Of a stretch of 64,000 bases of DNA, positions 17,414 through 27,459 are shown piece after piece. The notes below the pieces were generated by a model. The model did no database searches and was not told the DNA's origin. It saw only the letters and a program-made list of their open reading frames with translations. A program made the translations under genes and the position numbers. Every line of letters begins with the position of its first letter. Position 1 is the stretch's first letter. This DNA is from Planctomycetota bacterium (GTDB lineage: Bacteria > Planctomycetota > B15-G4 > SIAN01): contig JANNXA010000037.1 in assembly GCA_031409275.1 (NCBI GenBank), forward strand, positions 46,290 through 110,289, in the 5' to 3' direction.

Positions 17414-19138
17414 ATGGGCCGTCGCCGTCGTCTCGCCCCGCTCGCCGTCGTTGCGGCGGCACTCGCGTCGATCGCGCCCGGCACCCCGGCGCAGCAGCGC
17501 TTCGAGCGCGTCTCCGTTTCCGGCAGCGGCGTCGAAGGCAACGCCCACCAGCCTTCCGACTTCGCGCGCGTCTCCGCCGACGGGCGCTTCGTCGCGTTCA
17601 GCAGCAACGCCACCAACCTCGCGCCGAACGACGCGAATGGCCGCCTCGACGTCTACCTGCGCGATCGGCAGCTCGGCACCACGGTGCTGATCAGCGCGAC
17701 GGCGGCCGGGTTCGCCGGCAACGACCGCAGTGAGCTCGCCGACCTCTCCGAGGACGGCCGCTTCGTCGTCTTCCTCAGCTGGGCGAGCGACCTCGTGCCC
17801 GGCGACACCAACGGCTTCCGCGACCTCTACGTGCGCGATCGCGATCCCGACGGGAACGGCCTCTTCGACGAGGCGAACGCGACGACGATCCGCGCCACGC
17901 TCGGCGCGGGCGGCGTGCAGCCGAACGAGCAGTGCACGAGCGGCTCGATCAGCGCCGACGGCCGCTTCATCGCCTTCGACAGCGACGCCAGCAACCTCGT
18001 CGCGGGCGACGTCGAGGGGCGCACCGACGTCTTCGTGCGCGACCTCTCGACCGGCGCCATCGAGCGGGTCAGCCTCTCCGGCGGCGGCGCCGGGGGCGAC
18101 GGCTTCTCGGTCCGCGCGGCGCTCTCGAGCAACGGCCGCAAGGTCGCGTTCGCGAGCGTCGCCGCGAACCTCGTCGCCGGCGACTTGAACGGCGCGCTCG
18201 ACCTCTTCGTGCGCGACCTCGATTTCGACACGACGACGCGCGTCTCGCTGCGCGACGACGGCGGCGAGATCGCCGGCGACTCCGACGACTACGAGATGAG
18301 CGGCGACGCCAACCGCTTCGTCTGGTGGAGCGGCATCGACGGCATCGTCGCCGACGACACGAATGGCCGCGCCGATGTCTTCCTGCGCGACGTCGCGGCC
18401 GGCACCACGCGCCGCCTCTCGATCGCCGCCGACGGGAGCGACGGCGACAAGAGCGCCGAGCTGCCGCACCTCGCCGCCAACGGCGCCTTCGTCGTCTTCC
18501 AGAGCGACTCGACCAACCTCGCCGGGATCGAGACCAACGGCACCGCCGATGCGTTCCTCTGGGAGGGGGCGACCGGGAAGCTGCGCAAGCTCTCGGTCCA
18601 CTTGAACGGCGTCGAGGGCGATGCGCGCAGTTCGGCGCTCGACGTCTCCGACGATGGCGCGGTGATCCCGTGCTACTCCGACAGCTTCGACCTGATCGGC
18701 GGCGACGCGAACGGCTTCTTCGACCTGCTGGTGCGCGATCGGACGCTGCCCGATCCCGAGGCGCAGTGGCGCAACTACGACGCGGGCTGGGCCGGCACGC
18801 AGGGCGTCCCCGCGCTCACCCTCGACGCGAACCCGGTGATGGGGACCACGATCGGCATCGAGCTCGGCAATTCAGCCGGCGTCGCGACCGTCGGCTTCCT
18901 CTATTGCGGCATGAGCGCGATCGCGGTGCCGACGCGCCTCGGCGGCACGCTGCTGGTCGATCCGGCGGCGCTGATGGTGCTGCTGGTCGACGTCGACGGG
19001 ACGACGGTCGCCTGCGACCTGCCGCTCGACGAGGCGCTCGCCGGCGTCAGCGCCTACGCGCAGCTCCTGCTGCTCGATCCGGGTGCGAGCCGCGGCGTCG
19101 CCTTCTCGCGCGGCCTCGAGGCGGCGCTGGGGCAGTAG
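17414..19138 (+). CDS. Secreted TolB-like beta-propeller protein with a C-terminal beta-rich domain
   Basis: Repeated S.DGRFVAF.S.A.NL...D.NG..DV(F/Y).RD blades; signal peptide; C-terminus YAQ....DPGASRGVAFSRGL. Confidence 0.85.
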   Translation: MGRRRRLAPLAVVAAALASIAPGTPAQQRFERVSVSGSGVEGNAHQPSDFARVSADGRFVAFSSNATNLAPNDANGRLDVYLRDRQLGTTVLISATAAGFAGNDRSELADLSEDGRFVVFLSWASDLVPGDTNGFRDLYVRDRDPDGNGLFDEANATTIRATLGAGGVQPNEQCTSGSISADGRFIAFDSDASNLVAGDVEGRTDVFVRDLSTGAIERVSLSGGGAGGDGFSVRAALSSNGRKVAFASVAANLVAGDLNGALDLFVRDLDFDTTTRVSLRDDGGEIAGDSDDYEMSGDANRFVWWSGIDGIVADDTNGRADVFLRDVAAGTTRRLSIAADGSDGDKSAELPHLAANGAFVVFQSDSTNLAGIETNGTADAFLWEGATGKLRKLSVHLNGVEGDARSSALDVSDDGAVIPCYSDSFDLIGGDANGFFDLLVRDRTLPDPEAQWRNYDAGWAGTQGVPALTLDANPVMGTTIGIELGNSAGVATVGFLYCGMSAIAVPTRLGGTLLVDPAALMVLLVDVDGTTVACDLPLDEALAGVSAYAQLLLLDPGASRGVAFSRGLEAALGQ

Positions 19139-19204
19139 GGACGGCGATCCGCCGCCGGACGAGCCGCCCTCCGTCGAGACCCTGCGTTCGACCTTCTCGC
19201 CCGC

Positions 19205-19256
19205 TTGACGCGTCGATCAAATGTGCTAAGTTTCTAGCACTGCTGCTTTCTTAGCA
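19205..19256 (+). promoter_or_regulatory. Sigma70-like promoter overlapped by tandem palindromic operator sites
   Basis: TTGACG (19205), 16 bp spacer, TAAGTT (19227) preceded by TGC. Palindrome GTGCTA-N6-TAGCAC (19223-19240) and adjacent TGCTG-N6-TAGCA (19241-19256). AT-rich island in GC-rich DNA. Confidence 0.7.
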
Positions 19257-19278
19257 GCGTCGCCGCGGAGCTCTGCCG

Positions 19279-19674
19279 ATGAACGAGCGGGTCGAGAAGC
19301 ACCTCAGTCGACGCGAGCGCCAGTTGATGGACGTCCTCTGGGCGCGCGGCGCGGCGACGGCGAAGGAGGTGCAGGACGCGCTGCCCGATCCGCCGAGCTA
19401 CTCGGCCGTCCGCGCGCTGCTCCGGATCCTCGAGGAGAAGGGGCACGTGCGCCATCGTCGCGACGGCGCCCGCTTCGTCTACGTCCCGACGCGCGCGCGA
19501 GAGATCGTCGCCCGCGGCGCCGTGCAGCGGCTGCTGCGCACCTTCTTCGGCGGCTCGACGGAGAAGGCGATCGCGGCGCTGCTCGACGCGTCGGATGCGG
19601 AACTCACCACGGAAGAGCTCGACCGCGTGGAAGAGCTGATCGAGGCCGCGCGACGCAAGGGAGGCCGCCGATGA
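19279..19674 (+). CDS. BlaI/MecI/CopY-family transcriptional repressor
   Basis: LSRRERQLMDVLW, YSAVRALLRILEEKG, FFGGS and EELDR. Confidence 0.93.
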   Translation: MNERVEKHLSRRERQLMDVLWARGAATAKEVQDALPDPPSYSAVRALLRILEEKGHVRHRRDGARFVYVPTRAREIVARGAVQRLLRTFFGGSTEKAIAALLDASDAELTTEELDRVEELIEAARRKGGRR

Positions 19675-21635
19675 TCCATCCGCTCGTCCTGTTCGCGACG
19701 AAGGGGGCCCTGATCCTGGCGGCCACGTGGGGCGCGGTCGCTCTGCTGCGGCGCGCGGCACCTGCGCTGCGCGCGGCGCCCTGGAGCGTGGCCCTGCTCG
19801 TGCTGCCGATCACCGTGCTGCCGCTGCTCGGCGGGCCGAATTGGGCGCTGTTCACGGGAGCACGCGCGCCTGCGATGGCGGCGGCACCGGTGGGGGAGGC
19901 ATCGGCAGAGGCGGCCTGGGCGCGGAGATCTGCCGTGTCGTCGCCACGCGACGGCGTGGTCCCAGCGAATCTCGGGGCGAGCGGCACTGCGAGTGAGGCT
20001 GCAGCGCTCACCGCCGTCGCGGGCTCACATGCGCCGCCGAGCGGCTGGTCGAAGAGCTACGCGAGCGCGTTGCCGCGATCGCCGAGCTTCGACCTCTGGA
20101 TCGCGGCGTGGCTCGCGGGCGCGTTGCTGCTGCTCTCGTGCTCGGCGTGGCAGACGCGGCGCGCCGCGGCGAGCCTGCTCTCTGCACGACGGCCAGCGCC
20201 GCCACCACTCGCCGCTCTCGCCGCGGAGGCCGCCGCGCGCCTCGGGCTGCGTGCCGCGCCGCCGCTCTTCCTGGTCGATGCGCCGACCTGCCCGTGCACG
20301 CTTGGCTGGTGGCGGCCCTCCGTGGTGCTGCCCGCCGTCGCCCAACTCTTCGCGCCAGCGCGTCTCGACGCAGTCTTGCTGCACGAACTCGAGCACGTGC
20401 GCCGTCGCGACAACCTCGTCCATGCGCTCGCGCGCGTCGGCGCCGCGCTCCATTGGTTCAACCCGCTTGCCTGGTTCGCGCTGCGGGAGCTGGCGCGCGA
20501 GCGGGAGCTGGCGGTCGACGAGGTCGTGGTCCAGCGCGACGTCGCCGCCGTCGACTACGCGGCGCTGTTGGTCGACTGCGCGCGATCGTTGCGCGGCCTC
20601 GCGGGAGTCACGTCGATGGCGCAACCCTCCTCGATCGAGCGGCGCGTGCGACGCATCCTCGCCGCTCCGCTCCTCCCGCCGACGCGCCTCTCGCGATCGC
20701 TCCAGCGCGGCGGCGTCGCAGCGGCGCTGCTGCTCGCGTTGGCCGCGGCATGCGCCGGCCCGCGCTCGCCCGACGACGACCCGAACGATCCGCTGGCGCG
20801 CATCGCGGCGACGCGGCAGCTGGCGCGCGACGAGCTGCGCGATCTCCATCTGGTGGTGACCGGGCAGTACTGGGACTGGGACGCGACGGCCGGCGACTGG
20901 AAGAAGAGCGAGGCCCGCTGGCACGCGCGCGCCTGGTACGAAGGGTATGGCGAGCAGCGCTTCCGCGTCGACTACGACCCGCAGATCGTGCCGTGGCACG
21001 GCGGCGCGCGCCCCTTCTCGGAGTGCCGCTACACCGTCGGCTGGGATGGCACGCGCTACCGGAAGATCGACCACGTCTGGTTCGAGGGGCTCTACCAGTC
21101 GCGGGTGAGCGAGTCGCGCGAGCGATTCCCGGACAACGTGCCGCTTGAGGGGATCGAGGCACCTCGTAGCACCATGTTCGGTGACGGGACGTTCCGCCTG
21201 ATGGCGCCGAACGACTTCATCGTGACCCCAGCGCTCGCGCGCAAAGCGGCCGCGTTCGACTGTCCGGTCGCGCTGAAGGAGACGGAGGGGTTTCTCGAAG
21301 CGACGATCGGTGAGTCGACCGCCGCGCGCTACGAACTCGATCCGACGCGCGGCTTCGCGACCGTCGCGCTCGACTCGCCGATGGAAACGTGGCGCGCGAC
21401 CGGCTTCCGCCGCCTCGGCGACCACCTCTGGTTGCCGACCGGTTGGGACCGCACGCCACGCGGTCGCTACCGCGGAAACGGCTTTTCGCGCGTCACAGTG
21501 ACGATCGACTCGGCCGGCCACTACGCGCCGCGGGACGACGACGCGATCTACTCGCTCGAGGACCTCGTGCTCGGCCGCCGGACGCCCACGCCGCCGGCCG
21601 GGCCGTCGTTCGTCGACCTGCCGGCGCGCGAGTAG
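19671..21635 (+). CDS. BlaR1-like M56 metallopeptidase signal transducer with a non-PBP C-terminal domain
   Basis: ATGA overlap with the repressor gene; LLHELEHVRRRD, HWFNPLAW, RELAVDE and DYA..L motifs; TM helices. Confidence 0.9.
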   Translation: MIHPLVLFATKGALILAATWGAVALLRRAAPALRAAPWSVALLVLPITVLPLLGGPNWALFTGARAPAMAAAPVGEASAEAAWARRSAVSSPRDGVVPANLGASGTASEAAALTAVAGSHAPPSGWSKSYASALPRSPSFDLWIAAWLAGALLLLSCSAWQTRRAAASLLSARRPAPPPLAALAAEAAARLGLRAAPPLFLVDAPTCPCTLGWWRPSVVLPAVAQLFAPARLDAVLLHELEHVRRRDNLVHALARVGAALHWFNPLAWFALRELARERELAVDEVVVQRDVAAVDYAALLVDCARSLRGLAGVTSMAQPSSIERRVRRILAAPLLPPTRLSRSLQRGGVAAALLLALAAACAGPRSPDDDPNDPLARIAATRQLARDELRDLHLVVTGQYWDWDATAGDWKKSEARWHARAWYEGYGEQRFRVDYDPQIVPWHGGARPFSECRYTVGWDGTRYRKIDHVWFEGLYQSRVSESRERFPDNVPLEGIEAPRSTMFGDGTFRLMAPNDFIVTPALARKAAAFDCPVALKETEGFLEATIGESTAARYELDPTRGFATVALDSPMETWRATGFRRLGDHLWLPTGWDRTPRGRYRGNGFSRVTVTIDSAGHYAPRDDDAIYSLEDLVLGRRTPTPPAGPSFVDLPARE

Positions 21636-21881
21636 CCCGCCGCCCCCTCGCACCCTTTGCCGCTCTGCGTGCAGGAAACGCAGCGCGCGCGCGGCGTCGA
21701 TGGGCGTTCGCGCCCGCCGCAGCGTGCCGGGCGCGGAGGGGCGCGCGGTGGCGGTGCTTCGGCAGGGCCGCGCTCGGCGCGTCGATCGCGGAACGTCGCT
21801 TGCACACGCTCTAACTCCGGCTGCGATCTGCCTGCTGCGCGCACGCGTCGCGCGGCGATCGCTGCCGCTCGGAGTGCCACC

Positions 21882-23435
21882 ATGCGTTCCATCCGGTTCG
21901 CCGCGCTGCTCGCCGCTGCTTCGCTCGCGCTGCTGTCCGCTCCGCTCCCCGCGCAGGAACTCCTCCTCGAACTGCCCGGCGCCAACGCCGGTGACGCCTT
22001 CGGCACGCGCGTCGCCGCGGGCGATCGGCTCGGCGGCGACCGCAATGGTGATGGGGCGAGCGAGCTGCTGGTCACCACGCATGCGCTCGACTCGCTCGGC
22101 GCGAGCGTCTGGTCGGTCGACGTCCGTTCGGGGCGCAGCGGCGCGTCGCTGCGGCTCCACCACGCCAGCGACCAAGGCAGCAGCGCCGCCTTCTTCGGCG
22201 CGGCGTGCGCCTTCGTCGACGACCTCGACGGCGATGGCGTGATCGACTACTTCATCGATGCGCCCGATGTCGCGGCCGCCACGCATGACGCCTTCCTCTT
22301 CTCCGGCGCGAGCGGCGCGTTGCTGCAGACCTTCGCGTTGACCGTGTCGAAGGACCAGCTCTACGCGCGCGTCTCGCCGCTCTCCGATCTCGACGGCGAC
22401 GGCAAGCGCGACCTCGTCGTCTCCGACTCGGGCCCGTCGGGCGGCCACTTCGACCTCGTCGCGAGCGGCAGCGGCAAGGTGCTCCTCACGGTGACGTCCA
22501 CGCACCTCTACTGGGGCGCCGACGTCGCGGCCATCGCCGATCGCGATGGCGACGGGCTCGACGATGTCGCCGTGTGCGACGAGATCTGGAACGTGCGGCA
22601 GGGGTCGCTGCGGATCTACTCCAGCGCGACCGGTGCGCAACTGATCGAGATCAAGGGGCAGGTCGGCGATCTCTACGGCGCGTCGGTGGCGCGGCTCCAC
22701 GATCTCGATGGCGACGGCGTCGACGACTTCATGGTTGGTACCGCGCGCGGCTACGGGACGGCTCCGCTGACCGGCACCCTCTTCGTCTACTCGGGCGCGA
22801 CGTTGAAGATCCTCGCCTTCGTGCCGGGCGAGTTCACCGGCGGTCGCTTCGGCGTCCACTGCGCCGATGCGGGCGACGTGAATGGCGACGGCATCAGCGA
22901 CCTCGCGATCGGCGCCCCGAACGTGCCGACGTGGGTTTCGAGCGGCCCCTGCTACCTCTTCTCTGGCAAGACCTTCGGCCGTCTCTACCGCTTCGACCTG
23001 CCCGACACGATGCAGTGGAGCGACGAGGCGCTGGTCGGCGCGGGCGATCTCGATGGCGACGGCTTCGGCGAGCTCGTGCTCGGCGATCCCGAGTCGTTGG
23101 CGATGCCGGCGCAGCCGGGCCGCGTGCGCCTCTTCGGCGGCAACGACCTCCACCTCTCGATCACGCCGCACGTCGCGGTCGCGAACCAACTCGTCGAGCT
23201 CGACGTCGGCGAGGGGACGACGAGCCAGATCGTGCTGACCGCGCTGATCGACCTGAACGGCACGCCGCTCTTCGCGGTGCTCGACCTCGGATCCTTCGAC
23301 GCCGATGGCGATCGCGCGCTCTCCGACACGATCCCGCCCGGCCTCGCCGGCACCGTCGCGACCTTCCAGTGCTTCGCCCAGAAGGCGCCCCGCGGCACGC
23401 GCGCGAGCGCGCGGGAGGTGCTGACGCTGCAGTAG
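21882..23435 (+). CDS. Secreted FG-GAP / integrin-alpha-like beta-propeller protein
   Basis: About seven D(L/V)(D/N)GDG..D Ca-binding repeats with FG...GAP elements; signal peptide. Confidence 0.88.
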   Translation: MRSIRFAALLAAASLALLSAPLPAQELLLELPGANAGDAFGTRVAAGDRLGGDRNGDGASELLVTTHALDSLGASVWSVDVRSGRSGASLRLHHASDQGSSAAFFGAACAFVDDLDGDGVIDYFIDAPDVAAATHDAFLFSGASGALLQTFALTVSKDQLYARVSPLSDLDGDGKRDLVVSDSGPSGGHFDLVASGSGKVLLTVTSTHLYWGADVAAIADRDGDGLDDVAVCDEIWNVRQGSLRIYSSATGAQLIEIKGQVGDLYGASVARLHDLDGDGVDDFMVGTARGYGTAPLTGTLFVYSGATLKILAFVPGEFTGGRFGVHCADAGDVNGDGISDLAIGAPNVPTWVSSGPCYLFSGKTFGRLYRFDLPDTMQWSDEALVGAGDLDGDGFGELVLGDPESLAMPAQPGRVRLFGGNDLHLSITPHVAVANQLVELDVGEGTTSQIVLTALIDLNGTPLFAVLDLGSFDADGDRALSDTIPPGLAGTVATFQCFAQKAPRGTRASAREVLTLQ

Positions 23436-23482
23436 GGGGGATTCGCGAGCGGCGCGCTGATCCAACAGCGCGCCGCCGCGCC

Positions 23483-25057
23483 TCACAGCGTCTTGAGGAA
23501 CGCGATCAACGCCGACTTCTCCTCGTCGCTCAAGTCGAGGCCGTACTCATGGCCGGGCACGGCGCGTTGTTTCACGCCGGGACCGCGCCAGCCGCTCGGC
23601 ACGTAGTCGGGTTCGAGGCGGGCGCGGTCGAACCACTCTTCGAGGGTCGCGATCGAGCCCGAGTGCTCCAGCAGCTCGCGGTACCAGAGGCCGCGCAAGG
23701 TCGGCACTCGGTAGTAGCCGGTGCCCTTTCGCGTCTGCAGCGCGAGGCCGGGATCGGTGTCGATCTTGTAGTCGGAGATGTGGAGGCGGGCGGTCGCCGG
23801 ATCGCGCGGGTCGGGCTCGAAGTCGGCGACGCGGAACAGTTCGTTGCTGGTGTAGAGCGGCGCGGGGTGGCACTGCGCGCACCCTTCGTGCTCGAAGACC
23901 GACAGGCCGTCGCGCGCCTTCGCGTCGAGCGGATGCGGGCTCGCCACGTGCTCGAGCGAAGCGAGGTAGAGGCCGAGCGCATACGCCGCGGCGTCGGAGG
24001 GCCGGTTCTTCAGCTGCGTGTTGCGCTCGGTGATGAAGCGGTGGGGGCCGAAGACGGCGTTGTCGGCGAACTCGACCAGGATCGCGTAGCGCGCGAGGTC
24101 CTCCGGCCCGCGATTGACGTGGGTGCCGGTCGCGTCGAGGTAGCGCCGCTTCCCGACGCCGATCAGGTCGACCATGCGCGTCGTGAAGTAGGGGCTGCCG
24201 TTGAAGCGGTTGAACGTGGGGCCGACCGGGCCGCCGTCGTCCAACGCATCGAACGCGGCAAAGAGCTCGTCCGGCGCGTTCTTCCACTTTGCATGGAGAT
24301 CGTCGGCGCGCCAGGGGACGCCGAAGAACTGCCAGAACTTCGCCCCCTTCTTCAGCGGCGGCTGCGGATCGAAGCCGGCCAGCAGCGCCCGCTCGGCGAC
24401 GGTCGGCGCGAGGTCGTAGTTCGACGGCGCGCCGCGCAGCACGCTGCCGTCGGCCATCAAGTGGGTGTGGCACGACGCGCAGCTGCCGAGCGACAGCTTC
24501 AGCCTCCCGTCGCGCTCCACGACCCAGCGGTAGTCGAGGACGATGCCCTCCTTCGTCACGACGTCGTGGCGAGCATCGCGCGCCGCATCGAACGCCGACG
24601 CGTCGCTGAAGTGGGCGAGCGCCGCCGCGTCGTCGGTGCGCGCGATCGCCGTATCGAGCTGCTCGAAGACGCGCTCGCCCGCCGCGATCCACTCCGCCTT
24701 CGTCAAGAGCCGCTCCGGCTCGATCAGCGGCTGCGGGCCCTGCGCCCTCATCCAGTCGCGATACCCCTTCGGCTCGCGAGCGGGGTGGTAGACCGGGTAG
24801 GTGCGCAGGTCATCGACCGGTGCGGCGTAGTACTCCGCTTCGCTGAAGTGGCCGGGCGCGACGCCAAGCCCCGCGACCGGTGTCGCCCATTCGGCGAGCG
24901 CCGCGTCGCTCCAGAGCTTCGGGATCGGGACGCCGTCGAGGGTGGGGTGGGGCGCCTGGCTCGCGTCCGTCTGCGCCATCGCGATCGTCGGGCCGAGAAT
25001 CGACGCTGCGACGAGCTGCGCGGTCCGACCGAGCTTCTGCCTCATCAACTTGATCAT
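23483..25057 (-). CDS. Exported di-haem cytochrome c (bCcP/MauG/RoxA superfamily-like)
   Basis: Two CxxCH motifs (CASCH, CAQCH); YRVPTLRGLW..LEHSGSI.TLE and L..EEK.ALIAFLKTL C-terminus; GGAGG before the start. Confidence 0.8.
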   Translation of the reverse strand: MIKLMRQKLGRTAQLVAASILGPTIAMAQTDASQAPHPTLDGVPIPKLWSDAALAEWATPVAGLGVAPGHFSEAEYYAAPVDDLRTYPVYHPAREPKGYRDWMRAQGPQPLIEPERLLTKAEWIAAGERVFEQLDTAIARTDDAAALAHFSDASAFDAARDARHDVVTKEGIVLDYRWVVERDGRLKLSLGSCASCHTHLMADGSVLRGAPSNYDLAPTVAERALLAGFDPQPPLKKGAKFWQFFGVPWRADDLHAKWKNAPDELFAAFDALDDGGPVGPTFNRFNGSPYFTTRMVDLIGVGKRRYLDATGTHVNRGPEDLARYAILVEFADNAVFGPHRFITERNTQLKNRPSDAAAYALGLYLASLEHVASPHPLDAKARDGLSVFEHEGCAQCHPAPLYTSNELFRVADFEPDPRDPATARLHISDYKIDTDPGLALQTRKGTGYYRVPTLRGLWYRELLEHSGSIATLEEWFDRARLEPDYVPSGWRGPGVKQRAVPGHEYGLDLSDEEKSALIAFLKTL

Positions 25058-25224
25058 CACGGCCTCCGCTCCTCGTCCCTGGATTCTGGCGGTCCGACTG
25101 GTTGGAGACGCTCCGAGCGTTCCGGCCTCCTCCACCGTGAACCGATTCGCCCGCCATTCGTGTCCGGTGGCCGTGTCGCGCCCGAGGGCTACGATCCGCG
25201 CTTCGCTCCCACTGCGAGCTCACG

Positions 25225-26469
25225 ATGCCCGAAGCCCCGCTGAAACTCCTCCTCGACGCCGACCTCTTCGCGCCCGCGCCACGCGGGCGTTGCGATCTGC
25301 TGATCGCCGGCGAGCGAATCGTCTGGGTCGGGGCGGCGGGCAACGCAGTGCCGCGCGAGCTGCGTGACGGTCTCGCGCGCCACCTCGGTACCGAGACGGT
25401 CGAGCTGCGCGGTCGTCGCCTGATCCCTGGCTTGATCGATGGTCACGTCCACCTCACGGGTGGTGGCGGCGAGGATGGCTTCAAGACGCGCGTGCCGCCG
25501 CTGCCGCTCACCAACTTCACGAAGAGCGGCATCACGACGGTGGTGGGGGTGCTCGGCACCGACGACGTCACGCGCGGGACGGCAGGGCTCGTGGCGCAGA
25601 CGCGCGGGCTGCGCGAGCAGGGGCTCTCGGCGTGGTGCATGACCGGCGGCTACCACCTGCCGCCCGTGACCGTGACCGGCAGCGTGCGCGGCGACCTGGT
25701 GCTGATCGAGTGCATCATCGGTTGCGGCGAGGTGGCGCTGTCGGACCACCGCTCGAGCCAGCCGACGCTCGAAGAGGTGCTCAAGCTCGCGGCCGATTGT
25801 CACGTGGGCGGGCTGCTCGGCAAGAAGGCGGGCACGCTCCATCTGCACCTGGGCGATGGCGCGCGCGGCCTCGAACTGATCGAGCAGGCGATCACCACCA
25901 GCGAGCTGCCGGCTCGCGTCTTCCATCCGACGCACTTGAACCGCAAGAAGCGGTTGCTGCGCGATGCGCTGGCGCTGGCCGGTCGCTTCGCGGCCGAGTC
26001 GGCGCGTGGCGTCGCCGGACGCGAATGGCACCTCGACTTCACGGCGTTCCCCGTTGCGCCCGAGGAGGACGCGGTGACGGCCGACGCGGCGCTGGTCGAG
26101 TACCTCGCGGCCGGACTGCCGGCCGATCGCGTGACGGTCAGTTCCGACGGCGGCGGCAGCCTTCCCGAGTTCGACGGCAACGGCTGCTGCGTCGGGCTCG
26201 GCGTCGGGCGGCCGGGCGCGCTGGCGGAGGCGCTCGCGGCGCTGATGGCCCAGGGGCAGCCGCTCGCGCGCGTGCTGCCCGCGTTCACTTCGAACTGGGC
26301 GAACCTTCTCCGTCTCCCGACCAAGGGCTATATCGACGCGGGCCGCGACGCCGACCTCTGCGTTCTGGACGAGCAGGGACGGGTGAGCGACGTCATGGCA
26401 CGGGGGATGTGGCACGTCCGGGATGGCCGCGCGCAAGTGCTCGGAACCTTCGAGCGCGCGGACACCTGA
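25225..26469 (+). CDS. iadA: Isoaspartyl dipeptidase (beta-aspartyl peptidase)
   Basis: IDGHVHLTGGGGEDG, GITTVVGVLGTD, TGGY, GEVALSDHRSSQPT, HLGDG, PTHLNR and SSDGGGSLP. Confidence 0.93.
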   Translation: MPEAPLKLLLDADLFAPAPRGRCDLLIAGERIVWVGAAGNAVPRELRDGLARHLGTETVELRGRRLIPGLIDGHVHLTGGGGEDGFKTRVPPLPLTNFTKSGITTVVGVLGTDDVTRGTAGLVAQTRGLREQGLSAWCMTGGYHLPPVTVTGSVRGDLVLIECIIGCGEVALSDHRSSQPTLEEVLKLAADCHVGGLLGKKAGTLHLHLGDGARGLELIEQAITTSELPARVFHPTHLNRKKRLLRDALALAGRFAAESARGVAGREWHLDFTAFPVAPEEDAVTADAALVEYLAAGLPADRVTVSSDGGGSLPEFDGNGCCVGLGVGRPGALAEALAALMAQGQPLARVLPAFTSNWANLLRLPTKGYIDAGRDADLCVLDEQGRVSDVMARGMWHVRDGRAQVLGTFERADT

Positions 26470-26616
26470 CGGGTCGTCGCGAGCCGCGGAGACGTTTCCG
26501 CCGGCGCCGCGATCGCGTGGGTGCGGACCGACTCTGCGCCGACGTGACGGGGGGTGGTCGGGCTGCGTCGACGCGGCGCCGCGACGTTTCACACCTCCTC
26601 GAGGGCCACTCCGCCC

Positions 26617-27459
26617 ATGAGCTCGAAGCAACGTCGCGGATTCGTCGTCCCCATCGGCGGGGCGGAAGAGAAGGAACACCACCCGCGCATCCTCGAACGT
26701 TTCGTCGAGCTGTGCGGCGGCAAGCGGGCGCGACTGGCGGTGATCCCGACCGCGTCGCAGCTGAAGACGACCGGCCCGACCTACGAGCACGTCTTCCATG
26801 ACCTGTGCGGCGTCGAGCGCGTCGACGTGCTCAACTACCTTGATCGCCGCGACGCCGACCGGCGCGACTGGCTCGAGATCTTGAAGCGGGCCGACGGTGT
26901 CTTCGTGACCGGCGGCAACCAGATGCGCCTCACCACGGTCCTCGGTGGCACCGAGGTGACGTCGCTCCTGCGCGAGCGCAATCGTCGGGATGGCCTCCAT
27001 CTCGCCGGCACGTCGGCCGGCGCCGCCTTCGTCTCCGAGCACATGATCGCGAGCGGCGAGGAGGGCCCGACGCCGCACGAGGGGATGGTGCAGCTCGCGA
27101 GCGGCCTGGGCGTCGTCGCCAAGCTCATCGTCGATCAACACTTCCGCCAGCGCGATCGACTCGGCCGCCTGATCAGCGCCATCGCCGCCGTGCCGCAAGC
27201 GATCGGCATCGGCCTCGACGAGGACACCGCCGCGTTCATCGGCCCCGACGAGGACATCGCCGTCGTCGGCAGCGGCGCCGTCACGATCGTCGACCCCGCC
27301 GAGATGGAGTTCACGTCGATCGACGACGCGCCCGCGCATGCACCGATCAGCGTGGTCAATCTGCGCATCCACGTCCTCACCGAAGGTGGCCATTACGACA
27401 TGAAGCGCCGTAAGGCGACGCGGCCGCAGCCGCATCCGTCGGAGTCCCACAAGTCATGA
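26617..27459 (+). CDS. cphB: Cyanophycinase
   Basis: IGGAEEK, IPTAS, TGGNQ.RL, GTSAGA, DQHFRQRDRLGRL and GLDEDTA. Confidence 0.95.
   Translation: MSSKQRRGFVVPIGGAEEKEHHPRILERFVELCGGKRARLAVIPTASQLKTTGPTYEHVFHDLCGVERVDVLNYLDRRDADRRDWLEILKRADGVFVTGGNQMRLTTVLGGTEVTSLLRERNRRDGLHLAGTSAGAAFVSEHMIASGEEGPTPHEGMVQLASGLGVVAKLIVDQHFRQRDRLGRLISAIAAVPQAIGIGLDEDTAAFIGPDEDIAVVGSGAVTIVDPAEMEFTSIDDAPAHAPISVVNLRIHVLTEGGHYDMKRRKATRPQPHPSESHKS

Noticed and set aside
19279..21635. Beta-lactam resistance locus
   Set aside because: There is no beta-lactamase nearby and no penicillin-binding sensor motifs in the M56 protein.
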